From positions 8,186,001 through 8,250,000 of the forward strand of contig NC_045696.1 in assembly GCF_009834535.1 (NCBI RefSeq): 64,000 nucleotides of DNA, written 5' to 3'. The notes under the pieces are model-generated. The model ran no database searches and was not told the origin of the DNA. It was given only the letters and a program-made list of their open reading frames with translations. Source of the DNA: Camelus ferus (taxonomy: Eukaryota). Below, piece after piece: positions 42,330-53,863 of the stretch. How positions within the stretch are numbered: the stretch's first letter is position 1; the number at the start of each line of letters is the position of its first letter. The position numbers were made by a program, and so were the translations under genes.

Positions 42330-42978
42330 TGTAGTAAATTTAGATCTTCAATGATTCTTTTGCTTGGAGAGTATCTAAGAAGGACTCAGCCTTGCTGAAG
42401 GACCCAGGGGATGGTCTCTGTAAGCAAAGGACTAAGCTTGGTCAAATGAAGCTTCAGCCCTTTGCCCGAGTATCCGGGAGGTAATGTTAAACCTTTAGAA
42501 TGTCCTACCTGAGAAGACTGTCCTTGTTGACTTGGTGTTCTAGGGTCAGGGTATATAATCTGTGTTAACACGTGATTATGGTGGTGCCTGGTACCTGGTG
42601 CCTGGTACCAGCTGGACCTCTGGAGGGGCTCGAGGATAAGGTCAGACAAGAAGGCAGTGGGCCATGCCTATGTGACCAACTCCCACCAAAAATAGTGGAC
42701 ATCAAGGCTTGGGTGAGCCCCCTGGTTGGCAGTACTCCTCGTGTACTGTCATACGTTACTGGGGAGGCATGCGTGCTGTCCCCAGGATCTGTTCGGGCAG
42801 CTCCAAGTCTGATCTTTCCTAGACCCTGTGCCATGAGACCTTTACCATAGCTGATTTGAATCCCTCTACATTTCTAAATTCACTGACATTTTGTACATGA
42901 CAGCATTTTGCTGAGTTCTCGGTCCTTCTAGTGAATTACTGAATCTGAGGATGGTTTGGGGACCTCCTGAGCTTGTAA
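42330..42978 (+). mobile_element. MER21-like LTR in paralog intron 2
   Basis: CAAGGCTTGGGTGAGCCCCCTGGTTGGC...CCTTCTAGTGAATTACTGAATCTGAGGATGGTTTGGGGACC. Confidence 0.6.
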
Positions 42979-45738
42979 AGACCAAACTATGGTTTAGCAT
43001 CTAGAAACCAGTGTGTATAACGCACTATAAGGGTAGGATAAAAACAAACCCAGCTGATGAGACACAGAAGAACTTCCAGGGAGCTAATGAACTGATGGTT
43101 GTCTAGGCTCCACAAACCTGAATCAGGTCACTCTGAGAGCGGGTCGGAGGAGAGAAGGTCTGGGATGAAATCCTATGGGAACTCCAGCTGTGATGGACAC
43201 AGAACAAGCACAGGGCCTGTAAGTTGAGACTTCTGAGCTAAAACTGGAAAGAGAAGAAAGAGCCAGTTGTGCAAGAAGCAGGTGGACGGAGAGCATCAAT
43301 CACCTGGACCATGTGTAAGGGGACCTGAGGCCTCTGGGTGGGCACCTGGCCAGGTGGAGACACAGCACAGAGGCCAGTGTAGCTGAGCGCCAGAGGTAGG
43401 GGGGCCTATAGATGAAACCTGAGGTGGGCAGGGCCCAGACTTTTCCAGACACACGGCAGCTCGGGTTCCAATCAGACTCACCTTGGGGCTTTATCAGAGG
43501 CAGAAACTCCATGCACACATTTCGAGTACCAAAGAGTTTGTTTTCATGGTCACTTCTGCTTGAATATGAAAAGGTGTGGGATTGTCAACTTTTAGGGCCG
43601 AAGGAAAACAGAGTTAATAAGTACGAGCCATAGGGTAAAAATGCATAGAATGATACGATTTTATTCCTTGTCAGATCTGTTGAAATCTAATTATTGTCTG
43701 AGGTTGATTGTCACTGTTGCTCCCATGTGACTTTCCATGTTTGCTGGTGCTATAGTTCTGTGAGGTGGCACCATCAAGGGAGGCTGGGTGAAGGGAACAC
43801 AAATGGGATCTCTATGCAGCTTTCTTTGCAACTGTTTGTTTATTTCAAAATAAGTTAAAAATTCTCCAAACTGCATCAAAGCCCAATTAAGTGACACTAC
43901 CAAAACATGGAGGCAATCCTTAAAAATCTGATCAAAGGTATTGCAAAGGCCCTGTGGCTGGAAAGGCTTGCAAATCTCGAAAGACTCTGCTTTCCCAGTG
44001 AGAGAGGTCACTGTAGCTTCCAGCCCGTCCTCCTTCCCTTGGGAGCGGGTTCTAGGTCCCACGGGAGCTATGGGGCCCACAGCCAAGGTTCAGGCAACAG
44101 CCCCGCCCCGCCCACGCTGGACGCCCTCCCGGGAGCTGTGCCCTCTGAGCCCACATCCAGGTGCTCTTAAAGGCGACGCCCGCGTTGTTGACCAGCACGT
44201 CGAGCCCCCTGTACTCCTGGCGCAGGAAGTCGGGCAGGGCGCAGATGCTCTGCAGGTCGTCGATGTCCAACTGGTGGACCGTGGGCTCAGGCCCTCGGCC
44301 TGAAGATGCTGCGCGGCCCCCTGGCCCCGCACTACTTCCTGGGCCGTGAGCACCACGTCCCCCAGAAACTGCTGGCACAGGTTGTGCGCAGGGGCGAAGC
44401 CAATACCCTTCTTGGCCCCGGTAACTGGCACCACGGGGGTGCTGGATGACACGGTTGCTTTCAGGACGTGCAGGGCTGTTGTTGGGCAAGCAGAGGCTGG
44501 TTTGGGGCTGGGCAGGGGTTTGGCGGTTGGTGTGTAAGGCAAGGGGCAGGGGCTGGGTAAAACTTAGCAAAGCCAGGAAGAGCTGATTTGTAAGATCTAG
44601 TGCTATGGCTCGTAGAGAAATAAACTCTGCCTCCTGCCCTTTCTCCAAGGAGGGGCCACGTCTTCCAGGAGGTTTCTAAAGACCAAATTCTTTGTCTGCC
44701 CCCTTCCCTGGTGCTCCATCTTGAGCCAAACCAGGACAGGGTTATATTCTGATCCCACCCCTGAGATGCGCAGTGGTTTGCAGGGTGAAGAGGTGTGCTC
44801 CCCCCAGGCAAAACTGATTGGCTAAGGGTCAGTAGGGGGCTAGGGATTTCTGGCTGTGGATCAAAACTATTAGGGAGATTTCCAAAAGGAGAAAAAGGAA
44901 TGCAGAGTAATTGTGTTTTGTTGGATGCATCAATCACTGCAGAATGGGAATGGTTGCTTTTTTTCCTAAAATGCAAAAAAAGTACTTAGGGTGATTGCTT
45001 CTGAGCATGTAGTTCCCCCACATCTGTTAAGAGTAATTCCAGACAGGGAACTGGGGGAAATGGTCCCGTGATTAGACTGTCTTGGTGGGCAGCGTGCCTG
45101 ACACTGGAATTCCCTGTGTGTCCCCACGGTGGGATGTTGTTTATGAAGCCAAGCCAGTAGCTGGATTTTTTTTTAATAGTTACATCATCCTCAGGATTGC
45201 TAAAGGTGCCTACACTTTGGTTTTGTTTCATGTGAAGTTAGTAAGTGGTACATCTAATCATGTGTTACTTTTAGGGAATTTTCCATGGTGTGCTTCTGGG
45301 AGGGCAGGGAACTTGGTGGACAATCCCTGGGGCCTTGGGGAAGCCAGGCTGAGCGATGGGCAGTACGAAGCTTCTGGTCACTGCTGTGGGTGGTGTTGGA
45401 CCCAGGGGACTCATGACAGAGGACAGTCGGCACTTTCACTGTGTTTTCAACATTGTCACCCAAATCGTGCAAGTAAGCTTCACAGCAACCCTATGACTAT
45501 CATCCCCACGTTACAGCTGAGGGGATACAGCAGATGCTGGGTTTTGCTCAAAGCCATCCAGGAAGGTGGCAGAGGCAGGACTTTTTGGTTCCAGATGTTT
45601 GTCTTGAAAGCTTTCAAAGAGAAAAGTTGACGGAATACTAGACCCGCGTACGTCAACCCAGCCTGGTTCAACACTTAAGAATCAATGAGACGGTTCAGCG
45701 TTTACCAGTCTGCACATACGGTCCTTTGCAACAAACCA

Positions 45739-45762
45739 TTTATTCATCTATTGATTTTTATT
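45739..45762 (-). terminator. CBR1: Two AATAAA polyadenylation signals of CBR1
   Basis: TTTATT at 45739-45744 and 45757-45762 on +, about 230-250 nt after the stop. The same pair is kept in the paralog. Confidence 0.8.
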
Positions 45763-45988
45763 CATTATCTGTCCTCCGTTCCACTTTTCCTTCCTCTGGA
45801 TCGCAGAAGAAATCACAAAAGGCTTCAGAAAACTAGTAGCCATCTCCCAGTGAGGACTTGATAGTGATATTTTGATTCTTTTTTTTTTTTTTTTTTTGAA
45901 TAGGGATATTTTTGACAGTGTAAGTGTCCTTTTGGTGAAACTGGGACAGGCAGCGTAATCGGCCCCATGGGCAGGGCTGTGACTGAGC

Positions 45989-46425
45989 TCACCATTCTAC
46001 AACTTTTTTCTCGGAAACAAACTTGCCGTGAGGCCCCTCGGCACCTGAGGGCAAAAGGGCCAAGTACACCGGGGTCTCTGCTCCTTCTTCCGGGCTCTTG
46101 GGGGCTTTGGGTCCGGCCATGTCAGTTCTCACCCAGCCTGGGCAGCAGGCATTCAGGAGGATCCTGTCCCCTCTCCTCTGCTCACTCAGTTTCCTGGCAT
46201 GGATCCGGGACAGGACGGTGACACCAATTTTGGTCACTCCATATGCAGTATCAGGCCAGCCCGCCTTCTTGTGCACCCCATTCTTTGTGTCTTCCACAAA
46301 CTTGTTCATGAGCCCCACCAGCTCGTCCTCTGTGATGGTCTCACTTCTGAACTTCTCCTGCAGTTCGGGGCTGCAGTTTTTAAGAGCCATGACACTCACA
46401 GAACTAGACACATTCACGACTCTGC
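45989..46425 (-). CDS. CBR1: Carbonyl reductase 1, coding exon 3 (437 nt incl. TGA)
   Basis: Acceptor TTTTATCTCAG|GC; GRVVNVSS...AYGVTK...NACCPGWVRTDM...EKKVVEW*. Confidence 0.97.
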
Positions 46426-46689
46426 CTGAGATAAAACACACATCGTTACATGGAAAAGCGAGCGGAAGAAGGATGAATACCCGATCTGGGACAGGACTTT
46501 CTTCTTGTAAGAGGATGTGAGGGAAGGATGAGAACGTATTTTGGGAGTGGGGTACTCACTGGGTTTTATCTGTTTGATTATTGTAACAACCTGTTATTTC
46601 TAACGTTGGATTGAAAGGATCTGGGGGTTTATTGTTTGAAAAATTATAGGAATAAAATATTTCACTTGAACTCAATAAATAAATAATGG

Positions 46690-48040
46690 CAAGGGAAAGA
46701 GTTCTGTGAATCTACTACCCAGAAAAACTTGTGAAAATTATTTTAAAAAACTCAGCTATTTAAAGTCTGTGGAAATGGTCCTCAGGGCATGCAGCAAAAA
46801 TGAAGAAACATTTATTCCAGAATATCTACAATAAGTCAGGTCAGAATAGAGAGTTTCTGGTATTTCCAGCATGGCCTGCTCTGTCCCCTCCCCCTTTCTG
46901 GCCACACTTTCATGGTGCATCCGAGCACCTGCCGGGCTGTGGTGTGCTCCCAGGGTGGGTGGGACATCAGCGTTCTCATCCTGCTCCTCAGCCACCTGTA
47001 GCAGAAGTTCAGATCCTGGCACGTGCATCCAGGAGGTGAGGGCTTCCACTTTCAGCTCACCTAACGGCCCTCACTTGTGGGACAAAGGTTCTACCCTGGG
47101 CTGGGCATAGTGAGAACACTGGGGCCTAGACGGCCCTTGCCGCAGCTTGTTTGTAAGGCAGAAGGATCACGCAAAGGGAGGCGAGCTAAGACCAGAGATG
47201 CCCACCCCTCCCTCCCAGCTCCTACAGCAGGAGTGCCACTGAGAGAGAAGTGTGCCCCCGTCCCCTCCCCTAATTCAGACAGTGGCTGAGAGATTCTGCA
47301 CACGAGAAAGAGGCAGGACATAAATGCTGAGCGGTCTCCAGTCCTCCCAAAAGGAAGTCATTTCATTTCAGTGTACAGGTAAGTTCAATCCTAAGGGCGC
47401 TCTCAGAAACAATGGCAGCTGTGTTGAGAAACAATTAGGGGGAGCCCGGGAGCTTTGTTAGAAATATGAGTTAAATCACATGAGTCAGCAGGTTGGCCAC
47501 AGTAAACTAGAGAGAGATACTGATGAGAGCCCTCCTAGGTTGAGAACTGATCTCAAACACAGACCACAGAAACTACCCTTTCAAAAGAGCCTGAATTTAA
47601 TTGGGTCAGGATCAATCTGAGGAGCGGTTTCTGGTGTGTACTGTTCAAAACAGTAGGGCGATCAGCCAGCGAGCAGTGGAGCTTACGAGCTCTGGGTGTG
47701 GTCCAGGAAAGCGACAGCAGAAGAGAGCCCTGCTAACCCCACTGTCATCCGGGGTGACTGCGGGTCTGAGCCAGGCTGTACCTTCTGAGATGCGACATCA
47801 GAGGCTTCACCCACTGCAAGCGGAGGCGGGTGGAGACTTGACTGCAAAAAGTAATCCAGCCACTGACTGAACAATAGCAATGAACACTCACAAGCCTGAG
47901 GGAGGGAATGTCTAATAGCAGGAGTAGCTATAAAATCCTGCATTGTCCAGTTTCCAACCAAAAATGCCAGGCACGGGCGAAAATGTGAACCTGTGACCCA
48001 TGCATGGGGAAAAGAGGTGCCAACAGAAATTGCGTGGCTC
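46690..48040 (+). mobile_element. Old L1M 5' region in CBR1 intron 2
   Basis: TTTAAAGTCTGTGGAAATGGTCCT...GAAGAAACATTTATTC resembles ancient L1 5' ends; absent from the paralog intron. Confidence 0.55.
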
Positions 48041-50402
48041 ACTGATTTCCATCCTACTAAAGGTTTGGGAGTTCAGGAAATATCAACAGATAGTAAATGG
48101 CTCTCGGACTGCTACTCAGTGATCCTCCGGAATGAAGTGATTTAGAGAAACTGTCTTATTATCTTCCAGGCATTCTTCTAAGATGGACACGTTAGAAAGG
48201 GGTCAATTATTCCATGTCCTTCGTCTAACCTGGAAGATGTAAGGAGTAAGAAGCAACTAGGAAACTCATAGACATGCCATTGTCCTTAAGACAGAATGGA
48301 ACCAGTTTGTCAGAATGCTGCAGTGAGCACCATTCAGAGCCTCTATAAATAGGCTACTTAATTTCACTCTCAAAATTATGATCAGCCTCTCTCATAACAA
48401 AAATGACATATCTCATGACTCCAAAACGCAAAATTTGGAGAGGCAAAACAGAAAGAAGAAAGCTGCAGGAGAGGAAGTCAGAATGGTTAACGGGTACACA
48501 GGAAACGCAGCTATGCTAGTAAAAGGGCCTTGACATGTGTTCCTGTGTCTTGCACCTGGGCAGTCGATAGGGAAACGCTATTAACTTCTTCTAGGTTGCT
48601 TATAATCACTGACCAAATGACAGCCTCTTTTTCATTCTGTATTAAGCAGTCTATCTCAGGAAGTCTAGAGTCAGTGGCGAAAACAGGAACTCGTATTACG
48701 GAAGCTTGATCAGCAGATCCAAAGTTCTCTGGAGGCAATAAACTCCTGGATGTGGCTGCTTCATCTTCCAGTGTGCACCACGCCAGTCCCTCCCACCGAC
48801 CACGTCCCCAAGGATTAGAGCAGCACGTGGAGCCCGCTCCCCACAGCTGGGTGAGATGTTGACCCTTCTGGTCTGACTACTCAGAACAGAATCACACGCT
48901 AGATTAAGTCAGGATAAGATGAATCCTTGTGGCTTTTTCCCCAACAAAATAGAAGAAGTCTCCTATTTCAAAAGGTAAATAAACCTTGTGCTCTTACTAT
49001 ATGTATAGCATGTATTTAAATTTCCAATAACTCTGGCTTTCATGAGGCAAGATAAACTGTTAAACAGAGGCTGCCTCAGCAAATCCGAGAGCACCCATTC
49101 CTCCTCCTGGACAAAGTCCAGACACAGCAAGAAATGGCCCCGCTAAGTCGGAGAAATGGTCAGTGTCAAGTCATCAGTAGGAGGTCCAAGAGGACCAGCA
49201 GGTGCAGTGGTGACACCGGGAACTCACTGCTGCCCCCAAGTGTTGGGACGAGGGGAGGGATAAGGTGACCTTCTAAAGAGCTGACTTGAGGCCCCAGTGA
49301 CCCAAGTCTTAGAAGTAGTACAACTTCCCAGGAGGACAGGATGGGGAAAGGAGGGCAGAAGCTGACTGTAAACTGTAAACGCATGCACTCAATTTCAAGC
49401 CACACTCCTTAACTTTTCTAAAAGTGGTGGTTCCCCTCTGGCCCATTACCTTGGGGTAAGTATCACAGTAGTCTAAACGAAAGGAGTATGAGCATTTGTT
49501 TTGTCTGGAACGTTGAACATATTGAAGTGCAGCTAAATGTACCTGGAGTTAGGCAGGTCAGATATCAGAGATCCCTACAAGCCATGCTGAGGGCTTGGGT
49601 TTCGCTCCTGAACGATTTCTGGGCGGGGAGTGAGAGCACAGTATATAGAGGATGCGCAGAAAGAAAATGACTCATTGCGGGGGTGGGGGGGGGTGTTCAT
49701 GGGAGTGTTTACAACTGTCTGGAAATGACAGCTGCGGGCGTGTTTTAGAGCTGGGATGGAGGAGAAACTCAGTAGGACAACTCTTAAGACCTGGTAAATG
49801 ACAGCTGGGGGCAGGCATGGTGGCCCCCAGGATCCTGGTGGGTGGATGATGGGGTCAGTGGCCAAGATGATTTGGGGAAAGGATGAGAGTCTTTGGAAAT
49901 TTCTGTTGTCGATGGGGGGATTCAAGGGAGGAAGGGTGAGAATGAGGAGAAGATGGACAGGCAGGAAGACAAATTGTATGTCTGGAGCTCTGGGAATGTT
50001 GTAGGCAAGTGACAGATTTTAAGGGGGCCTCATGAGTGGTGGTAACATAGGCTCCACTAGCCTGAGTAAGATCACTGAGAGGGGGAGTGGGGAGAGATGG
50101 TCTGGTATGGGATTCTAAGGGAATTCCCCCTGTGATGGGCAGAGAGCAAGAAAAGGGGCTCCCGGAGGAGATCTTTAAGACCTGTAAGAGATAAAAGGGC
50201 CAGCTGGACAAAACCAGCAGGACAGAGAACCCCAATGACCTGGACAAGTGTGTGAAGGGACCTGAGGCCACCAGATGGGCACCTGGCCAGGTGGAGACAC
50301 AGCACAGAGGCCAGTGTAGATGAGTATGAGAGATGGGGTGGGGGAGCAGCAGATGAAACTGGAGGTCGGAAACACTGCAGCTTGGGCTCCAGTCAGACTT
50401 AC

Positions 50403-50510
50403 CTTGGGGTTTTATTAGAGGCAGAAGCTCCGTGCACACATCTCGGGTACCAAAGAAGTTTGTTTTCATGGTCACTTCTGCTTGAATATGAAACGGTGTG
50501 GTATCAGCAG
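50403..50510 (-). CDS. CBR1: Carbonyl reductase 1, exon 2 (108 nt)
   Basis: Acceptor ...GAAAG|CT; (T)ADTTPFHIQAEVTMKTNFFGTRDVCTELLPLIKPQ(G); donor CAAG|GTAAGT. Confidence 0.97.
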
Positions 50511-50999
50511 CTTTCAGTAGAGAAGGAAAATAGAGTGAATGGTTAGCCATGGGGTAACATTCCATAGAATCATATAAAAAAATACTGCATGTGAAATCTA
50601 TTGAATTTTGTCGTATTGAATTGTGAATGCTAGTTAATAGCATTGTGCCAATGTGAATTTCTGGGTTTGATACTGCAGTTTTGTAAGGTGATGCCCTGGG
50701 GGAGGCTGTGCAAAAAGTGCGCACATGGGATCTCTTTTTACAATTTTGCAAACCAGCTTTTGCAATTTTCTTGTTTATTTGAAAATGCATTAAAAATTCA
50801 TCCAACTGCCCTAAAGTCCAATCAGAAAGAAGCTGTGGGACAAGCTGGCAAAGGTCCCCAGGATTCAGAGCCTAAGAAACATAAAGTTCCCTCTGTCTAG
50901 AAAGCGTTTAATTCCCCGCAGCTTTTGCTCTAGCTGCACCCCTTCTCCCATCTCCCTCCCTAGGTTGTCATTCTGGACCGGGCAGGCGGAAGAAGCCCC

Positions 51000-51660
51000 A
51001 CCGCAGCGATTCCCCTACAGATCTGGACAGATCTCCTGGAGGGAGATGCTCGGGGCTGACCGCCTTGCCTGTGAGCTCCCAGTCCCTTACTTTTGAAGGC
51101 CATGCCCGCGTTGTTGACCAGCACGTCGAGCCCCCCATACTCGTTGCGCAGGAAGTCGCGCAGGGCGCGGATGCTCTGCAGGTCGTCGATGTCCAGCTGG
51201 TGGAAGCGCGGGCTCAGGCCCTCGGCCTGCAGCTGCTGCACCGCCGCCTGGCCACGCGCCACATCCCGGGCCGTGAGCACCACGTCCCCCGAGAAATTTC
51301 GGCACAGGTCGCGCACGATGGCGAAGCCGATGCCCTTGTTGGCCCCGGTCACGAGTGCCACGCGGGTGGTCGACGACATAGTCAGGTACAGGACGAGCGG
51401 TGCAGCCGCTCGCAGAGCGGACCGGGTTGATTTCTCCCCAACCGCGCGGCAGCTCCCGAGCGTGCCCTGGCTGGACCCAGCGGCGGAGCCTCCTGGCTTA
51501 AGTACGCAGGCGCAGGCTCAGGCGCAGCCCCGCCCCTTCAGGCCAGGGCTCCGGGGGACCTCCCAGGGGAGCGGAGAGCTTCTGGAGACCTTTGAAGTGA
51601 GCCCGTCAGTCCCGCTGAAGAGGCGCTGAGGGCGCCTGCCCGCCTGGCAGCAGAGACTCA
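51000..51660 (-). promoter_or_regulatory. CBR1: CBR1 CpG island / promoter
   Basis: CpG-dense stretch over exon 1 and upstream; GC box GCCCCGCCCC at about 51527; GCGTG (XRE core) at 51460-51464. Confidence 0.75.
51091..51379 (-). CDS. CBR1: Carbonyl reductase [NADPH] 1, coding exon 1 (289 nt)
   Basis: ATG at 51379; MSSTTRVALVTGANKGIGFAIVRDLC...VLVNNAGMAFK; donor AAAA|GTAAGG at 51090. Confidence 0.97.
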
Positions 51661-52248
51661 TTCTCATTGGCCTTGTTGAGTGTGTTTAAACAGAACCCTT
51701 ATCCTCTGTTCTCTAAGAGGGTTTCCTCGTATTCACCCAACTATTTATCTAATCCCACCTGCGCTTGAGGAAATGTTAATTTTTACGGACTTTTTTTTAC
51801 TGGTGTTTAAAAAAATGTAAGTCGAACTGAAATTTTTGGAACCTAGAGTTGTGGAATAAGCTGAGAACATGAGAAGAGATCACATGTGTGTTGATTTCTC
51901 CTGTTAGTATGTGACAGCAAAACCACTGGCTTATCCTCCGCGCATTTTCACGTGTTGGTGGAGAGTGGTTACTAACCATCGCAGGGTTACCTCCCTAGAC
52001 GCTTGCAGAGTCGTCACATTACCTGTATCCAGGTCCCCCAGTGTGCAGGGGGGAAGTGGTCCTTTCTCAGGCTTGGAACAGCTTACCAGAATGCATCTGA
52101 TTCTGCCCATTTTAAAGTGAGGAAATGGATCCTCAGAAAGTTCATAAATTAGTTCAGTGGCGAGAACTTAATTTCCTTCCTTACTGTATACTACTTAAAC
52201 TGAAGAATTAGAGGCCTATGAGATTATTTTCATTTTGGTGCCATCTCT

Positions 52249-52715
52249 TTTTGACTGAAAAAATATGTACAACCTAAAAGTTGGGAATTACGTTTTATCT
52301 GGGGGACTTAATGAGGACTTAAGCTTTGGATACAGCCTTTCAGAAAGCCCTAAGGGACTGTTTTGAAGAGGTAAGGGAAGACCCAGGATATATAGGAGTT
52401 TTATTTTTATTTTTATTTTTTTGAAAAAGCCAAACACCCCAGGTAGTTCGAACTTCAAAAGGTTACTGTTAATTAAAGAAAAGCAGACATCCGAAGTTAA
52501 TGAATTTAGTGCTTTTCAATGTATGGGAAGATGCAGGAGTTTGTGCTCATTGAAATTATTCCTTTGATATGCAGCATAACTACCTAGGGCCAGTATCCTG
52601 TTTTTCACCCTCCTGAATCCCCTCAGGGTGCACCTTTGGGGGCAACTGCTGAGGCTGATATCTTGATGGCCCCAACATCCTTTGTTTCCTGAAATGGCAG
52701 GTGACTGTCCACACA
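52249..52715 (-). mobile_element. ERV1 solo LTR (MER41-like laurasiatherian family)
   Basis: TTGACTGAAAAAA...ACAACCTAAAAGTTG...GTTTTAT; related to the 26705 and 53864 copies. Confidence 0.7.
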
Positions 52716-53863
52716 CTTCTGGTAGCCACAAGTGGCCATTCAAATGTAAATTTAATCAAAATAATACAATTTAAAATTCAGTTCTTTAGTTGCACTAGCC
52801 ACATTTCAAGTGCTAAATGGTCCCATGTGTTAGTGACTGCTGTATTGAACAATGCAGGTGCCTGTATGATATTTCTTTCCATCAGAGCAGAAAGTTCTGT
52901 TGAACCAGCCATGCCTTAGATTCTTTCCAATTATGTTGCAATTTGAAGGCAGTTTTCCAATTAGTTGCAAAACACAAAACTAAGAATCAGGGAAAGATCT
53001 TTGCTTTTTTTGACTTAAAATTGTATTGAGATAAATGTAGATTCACATGCAGTAGTAAGAAATAACACAGAGATTCCTTAACTTCACCCAGTTTTCCTCA
53101 CAAATAGTATTTTGCAAAGCTACAGTATGATGGCTTAGCCAGGAAATTTACATAAAACAATTCACCAAACATATTAATGTTTCCTCAGTTTCACTTGTGT
53201 GTGTGTGTGTGTGTGCGCGCACGTGAGTGTAGCTGTATCATTTTATCACCTATGGAGACTTGTTTCTCAAGAAGATTGAAAACATTTCCATCAGCACAAT
53301 GATCCTTCCTGTTGTTCATTCATAACCAGCGATACCTCTCTCTTGTTCCCCATTCCTCCCAATCCAATCCCCTGGGAACCACTAATCTGTTCTCCATTTC
53401 TAAAATTTTTTTGTTTCAAAAATGTTACATAGATCTTGTGGTACGTTATGTAAACTTGTGGAATTTTTTTTTTTTTCACTCAGGATAATGAAGAGCTTTG
53501 TTTAGGATTTGTTCCCTGATCCAAATGTGTTGTGGTTCTGTCACTTGCTGTTCTTTCCCCATCACTAGCTTCTTTCTTCCATAGCTGGGGTGAGTCAGTG
53601 TCAGAAGGAAGCGGGGTGTATTAAGTTCCTTAACAGAAGCACTGAGCGATAGCACATGGTGTGCAGGGAATTTTGCGCAAGGTGAGGGGCCTGCTGTTTC
53701 AAATGGCAAATTTTAAGAGGGTCATGAATCCTGATTTTCAGCCTGATTTATCTATCATTTTAGCACTGGTACCAACACAGGGATTGACAGATCAATGGGG
53801 CAGAATGCTCCAGAAAATGCAGTATGTTAAATATAATGCAGTAATAAGAATGGAGTATATGAT

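Larger units (their letters stand above)
39092..44452 (-). pseudogene. Unprocessed tandem CBR1-like pseudogene (exon 1 44452-44165, exon 2 43588-43482, exon 3 39528-39092)
   Basis: Start ATG>GTG at 44452. 1-nt deletion at about 44278 (exon 1 is 288 nt). Exon-1 donor is GCACCT instead of GT. 1-nt deletion at about 43535 (exon 2 is 107 nt). N14K and R38Q in the cofactor site. Exon 3 is open, 437 nt, about 80% aa identical to CBR1 exon 3 (29 of 145 differ). Confidence 0.9.
45720..51450 (-). other. CBR1: CBR1 gene span (3 exons; UTR limits approximate)
   Basis: Exons of 289+108+437 nt = 834 nt join with GT-AG sites into a 277-aa SDR. It has TGANKGIG, NNAG, S140, Y194xxxK198 and CCPGW (W230, CBR1-type rather than the Pro of CBR3). 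Confidence 0.95.

Noticed and set aside
39092..44452. Second SDR copy being CBR3
   Set aside because: It has CCPGW and other CBR1-type residues, and its introns and 3' flank align with the adjacent CBR1.
44052..44648. Upstream start rescuing the pseudogene (ORFs 44052-44648 and 44090-44542)
   Set aside because: Both begin at non-ATG codons and each holds only half of exon 1 because of the frameshift; exon 2 is also frameshifted.
49855..50805. 316-aa minus-strand ORF, the longest in the track
   Set aside because: It is CBR1 exon 2 read in frame with flanking intron sequence; only 50510-50403 is protein-like.
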